64,000 nucleotides of DNA. Origin: an uncultured delta proteobacterium. Its GTDB lineage: Bacteria > Myxococcota_A > UBA9160 > UBA4427. A model generated the notes under the pieces. That model ran no database searches and was not told the DNA's origin. It saw nothing but the letters and a program-made list of their open reading frames with translations. Positions 34,660-45,394 of this stretch are shown here, piece after piece; within the stretch, counting starts at the first letter, position 1, and the number at the start of each line of letters is the position of its first letter. Where the stretch lies: assembly GCA_963822965.1 (NCBI GenBank), contig CAWGJT010000009.1, positions 96,001 through 160,000 on the forward strand, written 5' to 3'. A program made the position numbers and the translations under genes.

Positions 34660-35756
34660 CGCGCGCGGGCATGCGAGCGGCCCGGGCGCGCCTGCTGGCC
34701 TGGAGCCTCGTCGCCCCCGCGGCGCTGGCCTGCTCGCTGCCTTCCCTGCACACCCGGCCTGCCGCGCCGGACGCGGTCCCCGAGTGGCGGGTGGCGCGCC
34801 CCGTCCTGGGCGTCGACCTCGAGATCGCCGTGCGCGCGCCGGACAGGGCCGTCGGCCGCGCCGCCGTCGACGACGCGTTCCGGGTCGCGGAACGCATGGG
34901 CGGGCTGCTGCTCGCCGACCACCCGGGAAGCGAGATCGACATCCTCACCCACGTGCCCGGCGGCCTGTGGCTCGAGATCTCCCCCGAGACCGGTGCGGCG
35001 CTCTCGCTCGCGCTGCAGATCGCAGACGAAACGGGCGGCGCGTACGACCCCACGTGGACCGCCCTCCTGCGCGTATGGGGTCTGCGCGGACCCGGCCCCC
35101 CCCACGTCCCCCGCGACTTCGAGATCGACATGATCCTGCGCCGGGTGGACTACCGCGACATCGAGCTCGGCCCGGACGCCACCCTGCAGGCAAGGCGACG
35201 TACCCGCCGCACCGAGCTCGACCTCGGGGCGCTCGCCCGCGGTGCCATGCTGGACGCCGCCTGCCGGCGGCTGGAGTCCCTGGGCGTGCCGGCGGCGCGG
35301 GCGAGCACGCTCCACGAGCACGCGGTCTTCGGCGGCGGCGCAGGACGCCCGTGGCGCATTCCCATCCGGGCTCGCGCCCTCGAAGAAGGCGCCTCCGACG
35401 AGCTCGTGGGTGTGGTGGAGCTCGCCCGGGGCGGGCTGGCCGTCGCGAGCCGCGGGCCGGGCGTGCCCACGGCGAGCGGTGTCGACATCCACGACCGCTT
35501 CGATCCGCGCAGCGGCCGGCCCACCCGGAGCGTGCGCTATGCGGTCGTCGCGGGGGACGACGCGGCCGGCAGCGCGGGTCGCGCGGACGCCCTGCTGGCC
35601 ATGGGCCCGGACGGCCCGGCCTTCGCGCAGGCCCACGGGCTGCGGGCCGCCGTCGCCTACGAGACGGGCGAGCTGTGGACCTCGGAAGGCATGCGCTTCG
35701 AGCCGGGGGTCAGCGAAGGGGCAGAGGCGAGCCGTCCAGGCCCGACGGCGCCTTGA
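34656..35756 (+). CDS. Divergent ApbE-like (FAD:protein FMN transferase family) lipoprotein
   Basis: Lipobox [36 protein letters not shown]. Confidence 0.7.
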   Translation: MTRAGMRAARARLLAWSLVAPAALACSLPSLHTRPAAPDAVPEWRVARPVLGVDLEIAVRAPDRAVGRAAVDDAFRVAERMGGLLLADHPGSEIDILTHVPGGLWLEISPETGAALSLALQIADETGGAYDPTWTALLRVWGLRGPGPPHVPRDFEIDMILRRVDYRDIELGPDATLQARRRTRRTELDLGALARGAMLDAACRRLESLGVPAARASTLHEHAVFGGGAGRPWRIPIRARALEEGASDELVGVVELARGGLAVASRGPGVPTASGVDIHDRFDPRSGRPTRSVRYAVVAGDDAAGSAGRADALLAMGPDGPAFAQAHGLRAAVAYETGELWTSEGMRFEPGVSEGAEASRPGPTAP

Positions 35757-37431
35757 TGCCCAGGAGGCGCGCCAGGGTCGGGGCGATGTCCACCGGACCG
35801 GCGGCGGCTCGAACGTCGCCGGGAGTGATGCCCGGTCCGTAGAACACGAGCGGCACGGCTCGATCGTAGAGATAGGGCGAGCCGTGGCTGGTGCCGGTGT
35901 CGCGGTCGCTCATGAGACAGTCCTCGCCCGCCTGCACCGCCAGGTCTCCGGCCCGCTCGGGGTTCCACGAGTTGCGGTAGAGGGTGGCCATCGGCTCGGG
36001 TCCCCGTCCGGCCAGCACCTCGTCGCGGCTCCACACCCGGACGACGCCCGGCTTCGCCTCGAGGTAGCGCCGCGCGGCCGCGAGCACGTCGGCCTCGCTG
36101 GCACCCGCGGCAGCGACGCGCGGTCGGTTCAGGGTGAGGCGGCTGCTCTCGACCGCGAACCACGGGCCGGGCGCGGCCGAGCCGGCGCCCCCGAAGCGCG
36201 CGTCGAGGTTCGCCTCCAGGCCGTCCAGCAACGGTCGCGGATCGATGCGTCCTCCCTGCACGGGGCAGGCGCTGCGACCGCGCTCGTACAGCCATTCCGG
36301 AAGCGGCAGGACGCCGTGGTCTGCGGTCACGACGACCACCAGGCGGCCTGCGCCCACACGCGCCTCGAGGAAGTCCAGCAGCTTCCCGATGCCCCGGTCG
36401 AGTCGCACGAGCGCGTCGTGTGCCTCCCAGCTCTCGGGCCCGTAGAAGTGTCCGACGAGGTCGGTGGCCGAGAGCGCCACGACCAGCAGGTCGGTCTCCG
36501 GGCCGCGACCGAGGTTCTCGTTGACGACGAGGTCCTTCGCGAACGCGAGCGTCACGAGGTCGGCGTAGGGCGTCACGTAGAGGCGTTCGGCCGCGAACCG
36601 CGCCGCGGACGGAAGCCCTTCGGCACCCGGGGGATCGCGGCGCAGGGGGTGTGGCTGGGTGCGGCTCAGCAGCGGGCTCTCGCTCCGGTAGTCGTCCGGC
36701 CGGGGGCCGGGATCCATCGCCTCCACCGACGCCGCCAGGTACGTCCATTCGTCGGGCAGCCCCGCGAACACCTTGTCGGCGCGCCAGCCCTGGACCCAGT
36801 CCGGCAGGGAGGCGCGGTAGTAGCGGCTCGTGACGAAGCGCGGCGACGCGCCGCGGGCCAGCCAGTACGCGGCGTCCGGGTGTCGACCGGCGGTGGCGAT
36901 GGCGGCGCGGTCCTTGCCCGACACACTGAAGACCCGCGTGCCGGGGCGTTGGGCCTTCATCCAGTCGCCCAGGGTGTCCACCAGCATGTTCCGGGGAGAG
37001 CGGCCGTCCGCCGGCGATCCGGCCGGAACGCCCAGTAGAGCCGCGTCCGGGGCACGGTCCTCGACGCAGTAGTGCTCCTCGAGCGTCTCGGGGTCGATGA
37101 AGCCGTTGCCCGGAATGCCGATCTTCGCGGGCTGCCGACCCGAGAGCATCACTGCGTGGCCGGGGCAGGTCTCGGTGAAGGCGTGGGTGAAGGCGGCGTC
37201 GCGAAAGACCCGCCCCTCGCGTTGGAGTCGGCCGAGCCCGCCCTGGAGCGCGGGGGTGAGGCGGTCGGCGCGGAGCTGGTCGATGGCGAGGAGCACCACG
37301 AGCTTCGGGCGGGCGACCTGCGCCACCGGAACGTCGCCGCGCCCCGGAAGACACGAGAGCACGAGCGCGGCGGCGAGGAGCGCGCTCGTCCGTCGCACGA
37401 CGGCCTTCGGCGCGACGGTCTTCCGCAGCAC
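35710..37431 (-). CDS. PafA-like alkaline phosphatase/nucleotide pyrophosphatase lipoprotein (start uncertain)
   Basis: IDQLR, TETCPGHA, SGKDRAAI, DLVGH, TADHG, HGSPY.YD; lipobox-like VLSC. Confidence 0.85.
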   Translation of the reverse strand: MLRKTVAPKAVVRRTSALLAAALVLSCLPGRGDVPVAQVARPKLVVLLAIDQLRADRLTPALQGGLGRLQREGRVFRDAAFTHAFTETCPGHAVMLSGRQPAKIGIPGNGFIDPETLEEHYCVEDRAPDAALLGVPAGSPADGRSPRNMLVDTLGDWMKAQRPGTRVFSVSGKDRAAIATAGRHPDAAYWLARGASPRFVTSRYYRASLPDWVQGWRADKVFAGLPDEWTYLAASVEAMDPGPRPDDYRSESPLLSRTQPHPLRRDPPGAEGLPSAARFAAERLYVTPYADLVTLAFAKDLVVNENLGRGPETDLLVVALSATDLVGHFYGPESWEAHDALVRLDRGIGKLLDFLEARVGAGRLVVVVTADHGVLPLPEWLYERGRSACPVQGGRIDPRPLLDGLEANLDARFGGAGSAAPGPWFAVESSRLTLNRPRVAAAGASEADVLAAARRYLEAKPGVVRVWSRDEVLAGRGPEPMATLYRNSWNPERAGDLAVQAGEDCLMSDRDTGTSHGSPYLYDRAVPLVFYGPGITPGDVRAAAGPVDIAPTLARLLGIKAPSGLDGSPLPLR

Positions 37432-37460
37432 AGCCCTCGCGCACACCCGGGCTCCGTGAG

Positions 37461-37892
37461 TCAGTCGTCGCGACAATCGCTGCAGTGGCCGTACAGCTCG
37501 TGGCGATGACGCAGCACCACGAACCCGTGCTCTCCCGCGATCCGGTTCTGGGTGGCCTCGATGGAGCGGCACTCGAACTCGATGATCTTTCCGCAGCGCG
37601 TGCACACCAGGTGGTCGTGATGCTCGTGCTCGATCTCGTAGCGTGTGACGCCGTCGTCGAAGGTGTGCTCCTCGGCGAGGCCGGCCTCGCACAGGAGCTT
37701 CATGGTGCGATACACCGTCGTGTAGCCGATGTTGGGATACTTCTCGCGGACGCTCTGGTAGAGGTCGTCGCTCGTCAGGTGGCCCTTGGCGTCGAGGAAC
37801 GCCTCGAGGATGAGCTCGCGCTGGCGGGTGTGCTTGAGGTTGTGCTGCTCGAGGTAGCGAGCGAGCGCCTCGCGCTCGACTTCGTGGCCCAT
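37461..37892 (-). CDS. Fur family transcriptional regulator
   Basis: TRQR, TVYRT, HHDHLVCTRCG, GHCSDC. Confidence 0.92.
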   Translation of the reverse strand: MGHEVEREALARYLEQHNLKHTRQRELILEAFLDAKGHLTSDDLYQSVREKYPNIGYTTVYRTMKLLCEAGLAEEHTFDDGVTRYEIEHEHHDHLVCTRCGKIIEFECRSIEATQNRIAGEHGFVVLRHRHELYGHCSDCRDD

Positions 37893-38024
37893 GGAAGGGA
37901 AAGTATCCGACCCGGGAGGCCCCACCAAGCCAGCTCCGCCGGTGAGGGGCGCGCGAGTCCTGGGAGGCTCCTCAGCCGCCCGCCCTGGCGGCCAGGAGCA
38001 TGTGCGGCACGCCGGAATCGGTGG

Positions 38025-38498
38025 TCAGCCCGCGAGGAGATCCTCGCAGAGGCCGGCGACGGTGTCGTCCCGGTCCTGCTCGAGCACCCGGAGCTGGCTT
38101 CTCAGGCCCGTACCGATCTCGAGCCGACCGGCCCGCTGGAGGGCGAGCAGCGCCTCGAGGGCGGGCACCACCAGGTCGCGGTCGCCCGCATCGAGAAAGA
38201 GCGCCAGCAGCGCGGGCGACTGCGGCACACCGATCTGCTCCCGGTAGGTCCGGCAGGCCTGCGGGAGCGCGGGCGTGCCGTGCGCGTCGCGCATCTCGTT
38301 GGCGAGACGCTCGCCCTCGCTGCCGCCCTTCTCCTGGGAAAAGAGAGCGTCCGCCTCCTTGAGAGCGCTCTCGGACGCACGCACCTGGTCTTCCCGGGCA
38401 CGGCGCCCACGGGGCTCGTCGGAACGCGAGCGCGCCCCGCTGCGTCGCTTGTCGATCTCGCTCCAGCTGAGCCGGGGCCGGTCCTCGCGTTCGCTCAC
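38025..38498 (-). CDS. Hypothetical protein
   Basis: 157-aa ORF overlapping the upstream stop by 4 nt; SWSEID near the N-terminus. Confidence 0.65.
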   Translation of the reverse strand: MSEREDRPRLSWSEIDKRRSGARSRSDEPRGRRAREDQVRASESALKEADALFSQEKGGSEGERLANEMRDAHGTPALPQACRTYREQIGVPQSPALLALFLDAGDRDLVVPALEALLALQRAGRLEIGTGLRSQLRVLEQDRDDTVAGLCEDLLAG

Positions 38499-38941
38499 GG
38501 GCTTCTCCGTGGGGGTCGGGTCTCGAGGGGGGGCGCGGAAGCCCCGGGCTCGGCCTGCGGACCGGCAATCCGCCGGAGCGCCTCCGCGCGCTCTTCCCGC
38601 ATCAGCCGCTCCTCGAGCCGGGCCAGATTATCACTGGCCGCATGATTGTCGCAGTCCAGCGCTACGGCGCGCGCGAAGGCCTGGCGCGCTCGCTCGGGCT
38701 CGCCCGCCTCCAGCCAGGCCAGCCCCAGGTGGTTCTGGATCTCCGACGCCTCGGGGACGAGACGGGCGGCCTCCCCCAGGTCCTCCAGGGCCCGAGCGAC
38801 GTTGCCGGACTCGAGGGCGCGCGTGCCGCTCTGGTACAGACGGGCTCCGCGCCACGTCGCGCAGCCGGACACGACGAGCCAGCCCGCCAGCAGCAGCGAC
38901 ACCGCGATGAACGCTCTCGGCCGCCTTCGGATCGCCCGCAC
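38495..38941 (-). CDS. TPR lipoprotein
   Basis: GGAGG SD, lipobox VSGC, TPR-like NHLGLAW...AFARAVALD. Confidence 0.72.
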   Translation of the reverse strand: MRAIRRRPRAFIAVSLLLAGWLVVSGCATWRGARLYQSGTRALESGNVARALEDLGEAARLVPEASEIQNHLGLAWLEAGEPERARQAFARAVALDCDNHAASDNLARLEERLMREERAEALRRIAGPQAEPGASAPPLETRPPRRSP

Positions 38942-39071
38942 GTCCTCCCCCGTCGCGCGTCCGGCCGGGTTGACTCGCCCGGACGCGCGTGTCAGAGAAT
39001 GGCGCATCGGAGGGCGCGACGCGTGGCGGGCTCGACGAGCGGCGCCTGGCGACGAATCGCGATCCGACCGG

Positions 39072-40040
39072 TCAGCGTTCGGCGGCGGGCTCGCCCGGAG
39101 CCTCGCGGGAGGGCTCGCCGGAGAGCACCGGCAGCTCCACGTGCGCCACCACCGGCAGGTGGTCCGAGGCGCGACGCGAGGCCGGCGTGCTGTGCGCCTC
39201 GACGGAGAGGATCTTCGCGCGGTGCGCGTAGACCCGATCGAGTGCCAGCACCGGCGCCGCGGCGGGAAAGGTCGGCGGCCAGTCCAGGTTGTGGTGGAGC
39301 TCCATCGACTGGTTGAGCTCGACGGTGGCCTTGCAGCGGCGCCACGCGTTCATGTCGCCCAGCAGGACGGAAGGCCCCTCCTGCAGCTGCGGATGCTGCA
39401 GCAACGACTTCACCTGCCGCTGTCGCGTGCGGTCCACCAGGGAGAGGTGCGTGGCGACGACGCCGAGCCGGCTGGAGGCGCCGTCGAACTGGACGGCGAG
39501 CGCGCCCCGCCGCTCGATGCGCGAGAACGAGATGTCGATCACCGAGATCGCCGTCATCGGAAAGCGCGAGAGGATCGCGTTGCCGAGCTGCCCGAGGCGG
39601 TGCTGGCGGGTCACCGCGAACGTCAGGTGCATGCCGAGCGCGTCCGCGATGGCCGACAGCGGGCACTCGTCGTCGGTCGGGCGCAGCACCTCCTGCAGGG
39701 CGATCACGTCCGCGTCGAGCTCGGAGATGACGAAGCCCGCCCGGGCCGGGTCCGGCGCCTTGCGGCCATTGAAGCCGGTCCAACGGTGGACGTTGTAGGT
39801 GGCGACCTTGACGTGCTGGCCCATGCGTTCACCGGTCATCGGCACGCTGGGGCCGTGAACCAAGGCCAAATAGGGGGCCTGCCCCACACTGGCCCGCTGG
39901 GCGGCCTTGGACCGCCGGCGGGCGTCCAGGGCACGGTTCATGGAGGCGCGCGCGCTCCGCATCTGATCGCGGCCGGCCTGCCTCACCTTGTTGGCTCGAT
40001 CCCGGGCCCGCTCGCGGGGCCCTTCTCGTTTCTGCGACAC
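39072..40040 (-). CDS. Endonuclease/exonuclease/phosphatase family protein (alternative start 39824)
   Basis: ATYNVH, ALQEV, GNAILS, THL, GDMN, LDRV, SDHLP. Confidence 0.88.
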   Translation of the reverse strand: MSQKREGPRERARDRANKVRQAGRDQMRSARASMNRALDARRRSKAAQRASVGQAPYLALVHGPSVPMTGERMGQHVKVATYNVHRWTGFNGRKAPDPARAGFVISELDADVIALQEVLRPTDDECPLSAIADALGMHLTFAVTRQHRLGQLGNAILSRFPMTAISVIDISFSRIERRGALAVQFDGASSRLGVVATHLSLVDRTRQRQVKSLLQHPQLQEGPSVLLGDMNAWRRCKATVELNQSMELHHNLDWPPTFPAAAPVLALDRVYAHRAKILSVEAHSTPASRRASDHLPVVAHVELPVLSGEPSREAPGEPAAER

Positions 40041-40427
40041 GATCGCCCCTCGCGGGCTCTGCGGGTGGGGGATGCCGCAGGATTCGCCGACCATGGTACC
40101 GACACGAGAGGACACTCGCGCCCGCCGGCGGTCTCCCTGGAGCCGGGTCCCGCCTGGCACCACCAAAAGAGGTTAGGCTCCGTGGGGGAGCCTCGGGTTC
40201 CGATGTCCTTGCCGCCCCCGAAGGGGCGACAAGGCCGTGGGAGAAGCACCCCTCAAACAGGCGCAGGAATCCTCGGGACCCCTCAAATCCGCACGCGTTT
40301 CGCGGATGGCTCACAAGGACCGCACGGGCCCGACCGATAGGACACTGAACCCGAAGCCGGGCCGGGCGACCGCCTCTCGGGAGGCCCGCTCCGAGTCCGG
40401 CCCCGACCCTGCGCGCGAGGCGGTCCC

Positions 40428-41807
40428 ATGCCCAGGAAGAAGACCTCGTCCCTCAAGCCCCTGGTGGAGTCCGAGAAGGTCCGCGAGGCCGCCCGCGCGC
40501 TGATCCAGGCGGTGCGCGAAGAGCAGGCCCGCCGCTCGCTCTCGCCCGAGTCCTACCAGAAGGCGATCCGGCGTATCACCCGCCAGCGCGGTCGGCCGCT
40601 CATGTACCCGATGATCTCCGGGGGCCGGGGCAAGGGCGCCCGGGTGTTCCTGGCGGACGGCACCCAGAAGCTCGACTTCATCAGCGGGATCGGGCAGTAC
40701 GGCTTCGGGCACGGCGACGACGACCTGCTCGAGACCTCGGTGGCCGCGGCGGCCCAGGACGTGGCCTTCCAGGGGCACCTGCTGCCGGGACCCGAGTACC
40801 TGGCCGTCACCCGCGCCCTGCTCAAGCACGCCGGCAAGCGGCTCAAGCACGCCTGGCTCTCGCTCTCCGGGGCGATGGCCAACGAGAACGCCCTCAAGAT
40901 CGTCTTCCAGAAGCACGCCCCGGCCGACCGCATCGTCGTGTTCGAGAACTGCTTCCACGGCCGCACCCTGGCCACCGCCGAGATGAGCGACCGTCCGGCC
41001 TTCCGGGACGGCCTGCCCCTGCGCGGCAACGTCCTGCAGGTGCCCTTCTACGATCCCGCCCGCGAGGACTCGATCGAGCACAGCGTGGCGGTCCTGGCCG
41101 AGCACCTGCGCCGCTTCCCCGGACAGATCGCGGCCATGTGCTTCGAGATCGTCCAGGGCGAGGGGGGCTTCAAGACCGCACCGCGCGAGTTCTTCGCGGC
41201 GTTGATGGAGCACTGCCACGAGAACGGTGTGGCGGTCTGGGTCGACGAGGTGCAGACGTTCGCGCGCACCGGCGAGCTGTACGCCTTTCGCACGCTCGCC
41301 CTCGACGCCTGGGTGGACGTGGTGACGGTGGGCAAGATCCTGCAGGGAAGCGCGGTGCTCTGCAGCAAAGCCTACAATCCGAAGCCGGGGCTGGTCGCCG
41401 GAACCTACGCGGGCAGCACCGTCGGCATGGCCCTGGGGGCGCGCATCATCGAGCGCCTCGAAGAGGAGGGATACCTCGGTCTCGACGGACGCATCGCCGT
41501 GCTCGGCCGCCGCATCGAGCGCCGCTTCGAATCCCTCGAGAAGCGGATGCCCAAGGCGATCGGCCCGCGCTCGGGCATGGGGGCCATGCAGGCCTTCGTG
41601 CCGTTCGACGGCTCGCCGGAGATCGCGAAGACGGTGCTGTACGCGGCCTTCGAGGAGGGGCTCATCCTGATGAGCGCAGGCTCGAGCCCGACCAAGATCC
41701 GCATGCTGCCGCCCGTCAACACGACCGACGAGGAGCTGGAGGCCTGCTTCAGCATGCTCGAGAAGGCCATGCGCCGGGTCGGGGAGGAGTGCGAGCTGCC
41801 GTGCTGA
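40428..41807 (+). CDS. astC: Class-III PLP aminotransferase, (succinyl/acetyl)ornithine aminotransferase-like
   Basis: SGAMANENA, FHGRT, VQGEGG, DEVQT, GKIL; first gene of an astA/astD cluster. Confidence 0.72.
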   Translation: MPRKKTSSLKPLVESEKVREAARALIQAVREEQARRSLSPESYQKAIRRITRQRGRPLMYPMISGGRGKGARVFLADGTQKLDFISGIGQYGFGHGDDDLLETSVAAAAQDVAFQGHLLPGPEYLAVTRALLKHAGKRLKHAWLSLSGAMANENALKIVFQKHAPADRIVVFENCFHGRTLATAEMSDRPAFRDGLPLRGNVLQVPFYDPAREDSIEHSVAVLAEHLRRFPGQIAAMCFEIVQGEGGFKTAPREFFAALMEHCHENGVAVWVDEVQTFARTGELYAFRTLALDAWVDVVTVGKILQGSAVLCSKAYNPKPGLVAGTYAGSTVGMALGARIIERLEEEGYLGLDGRIAVLGRRIERRFESLEKRMPKAIGPRSGMGAMQAFVPFDGSPEIAKTVLYAAFEEGLILMSAGSSPTKIRMLPPVNTTDEELEACFSMLEKAMRRVGEECELPC

Positions 41808-42820
41808 TCCTGCGTCCCATCGAGATGCGCGATCTCGAGGACCTGGTCCTGCTGGCGAGCCAGCTCGACTCGATGAACCTGCCGAGCGATCGAGAATTTC
41901 TCGAGGCGCGTATCGCCGCCTCCCTGGGCACGTTCGCCGGCCGGGAAGCGCACGGTATCTTCGTCTTCGCGCTCGAGGACACGAAGGCCCTGCGCTGCGT
42001 GGGCACGTCGATGATCCTGGCGAAGCACGGCGTCCCCGGCATGCCCTACTACTGGTTCGAGCTCTCGACCGAGACCCGGCGCAGCGTCGAGCTCCACAAG
42101 CGCTTCACCCACACGAAGCTGCGGCTGCGCTCCACCGAGGACGGCCCGACCGAGATCGGCGGCCTGATCCTCGACCCCGCCTATCGCCGGCATCCGGAGA
42201 AGTGCGGCAAGGCGCTCTCGATCGTGCGCTTCGCCTACATGTCCATCCATCCCGACCGCTTCGAGCGCGAGGTCATCGCCGAGATGCTCTCGCCCTTCGA
42301 GGAGTCGGGCGAGAACCTGCTGTGGGAGGCCTTCGGCGCCCGCTTCACGGGCATGCCCTACCGCGAGGCGGACCACCTCTCGGCGCGCGACAAGCGCTTC
42401 ATCGCGGACCTCTTCCCGCGCGATCCCGTCTACGCGACGCTCTTCCCGAAGCGGGTGCAGGACGTGATCGGCAAGCCCAACGACACGGCCCGGGCGGCGC
42501 TGCGCATCCTGGAGAAGGTGGGCTTCCACTACCTGAACCACGTCGACCCCTTCGACGGCGGTCCCTACTACGGCGCGGCCCGGGACGCGATCTCGTCGGT
42601 GGCGGAGCGGCGCGAGCTGATCCTGCCCGGAAGCGAGCCGCAGAGGGCCGAGCTGCGCGAGGGGGCGCTCCTGGCCCTCGTCTCCGCCGAGGGGCCCAAC
42701 GGGTTCCGGGCCACGGTGCTGGCCCTGGACGAGGACGGCTCACCCCGGGTTCCGAAGGAGTACCGCGAGACGCTGGGCGTCACCGCCGGCGACCGGGTCT
42801 TCGTGACGCCGCTGCCGTGA
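41801..42820 (+). CDS. astA: Arginine N-succinyltransferase
   Basis: N-terminal LRP, NLP, GPTEIGGLILDP, VIAEM, YREAD, FIADLFP, DPFDGGP. Confidence 0.88.
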   Translation: MLILRPIEMRDLEDLVLLASQLDSMNLPSDREFLEARIAASLGTFAGREAHGIFVFALEDTKALRCVGTSMILAKHGVPGMPYYWFELSTETRRSVELHKRFTHTKLRLRSTEDGPTEIGGLILDPAYRRHPEKCGKALSIVRFAYMSIHPDRFEREVIAEMLSPFEESGENLLWEAFGARFTGMPYREADHLSARDKRFIADLFPRDPVYATLFPKRVQDVIGKPNDTARAALRILEKVGFHYLNHVDPFDGGPYYGAARDAISSVAERRELILPGSEPQRAELREGALLALVSAEGPNGFRATVLALDEDGSPRVPKEYRETLGVTAGDRVFVTPLP

Positions 42821-42832
42821 GGACCTGATCCG

Positions 42833-44261
42833 ATGGCGCCGACCGACACGCTGCACAGCGTCTCACCCGCCGATCCCCGGGACGAGATCGGCGCCTTCCC
42901 CGTGGCCGACGAGGCGGCGGTGGACGCCGCCGTCGCGCGGGCACGGGCGGCCTTCGCGGGCTGGCGCGATCTCGGCTTCGAAGCCCGGGCCGCCATCCTG
43001 CGCCGCTTCCGCGATCTCGCCGCCGAGCGCGGCGAGGAGCTGGCCCGACTCGTCGCCCGGGAGGTGGGCAAGGCGCTGTGGGACGCGCGCGGCGAGGCGC
43101 GGCTCGTTCCCGCGAAGGTCGACGTGACCCTCGACGCCGGCATGCGCGCCGTCGCCACGATGGAGGCCGGCCCCGGCGCGCGCGCCACCTTCCACCCGCG
43201 CGGCGTGCTGGCGGTGCTGGGCCCGTTCAACTTCCCCGCGCACCTTCCCAACGGCCACCTGGTGCCCGCGCTGGCCACGGGCAACACGGTGGTCTTCAAG
43301 CCCAGCGACCTCGCCCCCGCCGTGGGCGCCTGGCTGGGCGCCTGCCTGCGCGAGGCGGGCGTGCCCCCGGGCGTCTTCGAGGTGGTGCAGGGCGGCGCCG
43401 CCACCGGCCACGCCCTGGCCGTCCATCCCGACGTGGACGGCGTCCTCTTCACGGGCTCGTACGCGGTGGGGCGCGCCCTCGAGGAGGCCACCCTCGACCA
43501 GCCGGGCAAGATCCTGGCCCTCGAGATGGGCGGCAAGAACGCCGTCGTGGTGCTCGACGACGCCGACCTCGAGCTGGCGGTGGCGGAGACCGCCGTCTCC
43601 ATCTGCGCCACCACCGGACAGCGCTGCTCGTGCGCGAGCCGGCTCTTCGTCCACGAGGGCGTCATCGACGCCTTCGCCGAGCGGCTCGCCGCGGTGCTGC
43701 GCGGCGTGAAGGTGGGGATGCCCCTGGACGAGGACGTCTTCATGGGGCCCCTGGTGTCTCGACGCGCGTTCGAGAAGGTGCAGGGGATGCTCGCACCCGA
43801 GGCCCTGGGCGCCGGCGAGCGGGTGGTCTCGGTGGATCCCGGCAGGCCCGCGCCGTGGGTGGGGCCCGGGCTCGTTCGCTATGCGACGAGCGAGCAGCGA
43901 GCCCCCTACCAGCGCGAGGAGATCTTCGGCCCCGAGGCGGCGCTGCATCCGGTCCGTGATCTCGACGAGGCGATCGCCGCCGTCAACGACTCGGACTACG
44001 GACTGGTGGCGTCGGTGTTCACCCGCGACCGCACGCCGCTACGACCACGCCGTGGGGCGCATCCGCACGGGGCTCCTCAACTGGAACCGCGGAACCATCG
44101 GCGCCAGCGGCAAGCTCCCCTTCGGCGGGCTCGGCCGGAGCGGCAACGACCGGCCGGCGGGCATCAGCGCCAGCGTCTACTGCACGGTGCCCCAGTCCCA
44201 CCTGGAGAACGAGGCGGCCTTCGATCCGAAGAGCCTGCCGCCCGGGATGCCGAAGCCGTGA
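42833..44261 (+). CDS. astD: Succinylglutamate-semialdehyde dehydrogenase (frameshift near 44035)
   Basis: GPFNFPAHLPNGH, FKPS, FTGS, ALEMGGKN, GQRC, EIFGP, GASGKLPFGG..SGNDRP. Confidence 0.85.
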
Positions 44262-45248
44262 GCCCTTCCGCCGACCGTGGGCTCGAGGCGAGCGGCGCCC
44301 GGCGCACCATCCTGATGGGCGACCCGAGCCACTTCAGCGTGAAGGGCGGCGCGAACCCCCACACGCGCACGCGCTGGGGAACCCGCCGCCAGGTGGACCG
44401 CGAGCTCGCCATCCGGCAGTGGCACCGGCTGAAGGACACCCTCGAAGACCTGGGCGTGCGCGTGATCGTGGTGCCGCCGGACCCCGACTGGCCCGGCCTC
44501 GTCTACCCCGCGAACGCGGGCTTCCAGAGCCACGTGGACCGGCCGGAGCCCCGGAGCGACAAGCTCTTCACCCTGGCGAACCTGCTGCCCACGCGCGCCG
44601 GCGAGAAGGCCCACTACCGCGCCGTGCTGGCCGAGCACGGCTTTCCCTCCTCCGAGATCGACTCGAAGTACCGCTTCGAGGGCGAGGCGGACTTCTTCCC
44701 GGCGGGCGACGTCTACCTGCTCACCCACGGCACGGTCGTGCAGCCAGCGCTTCGTGCCCGACCTTCGGCATCCCGCCCTGGAAGCGCGTCTACGGCTTCC
44801 GCACGGACGTGGCAGTCGAGGACGTGCTCGCCCCGATGGTGGCGCCCGATGCCGATCGTGAAGATCGGCCTCACCCTCGAGGCCCACTACCACGGCGACA
44901 CCGTGCTGTGCGCCTTCGGCCCCGGCCGCCGCTACCTGCTGGGCTACCGCCGCGGCGTCGACCCGGGCGACTGGAAGACGCTCGAAGACCGCTTCGGCGA
45001 GAGCCTCATCGCCCTCTCCGAGCCCGACGCCCGGCAGCTACGCGGCCAACTCGTTCACCTACACCACCGGGAGCGAATCGATCCTCGTCCTGCCCGCCGG
45101 CGTCTCCGACACCCTCCTCGCCCAGATCGCCGAGCGCGGCGTCCGCCCCCTCACCGTCGACGTCTCCGAGTTCCTCAAGAAGGGAGGCGGAAGCGTGAAG
45201 TGCATGATCGGGGATCTGGGGTGTGTCGCGGAGGAGCGGTCGGCATGA
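44258..45248 (+). CDS. Amidinotransferase/ArgZ-DDAH-like guanidino hydrolase (apparent frameshifts near 44745, 44845 and 45040)
   Basis: ILMGDP, NP, QW, PGLVYPANAG, FEGEAD, YHGDT, KGGGSVKCM; GTG overlaps the astD stop. Confidence 0.78.
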
Positions 45249-45272
45249 CCGCCGGGCGCGGCTTCACCCGGG

Positions 45273-45390
45273 CAGGACGAGGCCCGCTCCGCACCGGTGG
45301 CCAAGGCCCTGTTGGACAACGAGGACAAGATCGTCGCCGAGCTCGAGAGCGTGCAGGAGCAGCCGATGGACATCGGCGGCTACTACCGAC
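45273..45390 (+). pseudogene. icd: Fragment from near the C-terminus of monomeric NADP-isocitrate dehydrogenase
   Basis: APVAKALLDNEDKIVAELESVQEQPMDIGGYY matches the recognisable monomeric IDH C-terminal segment. Confidence 0.72.
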
Positions 45391-45394
45391 GACG

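Noticed and set aside
44030..45060. Apparent 874-aa astD-hydrolase fusion ORF (42833-45457)
   Set aside because: Artefact of an indel near 44035. The true astD C-terminus ends at 44261 in another frame and the next gene starts at an overlapping GTG.
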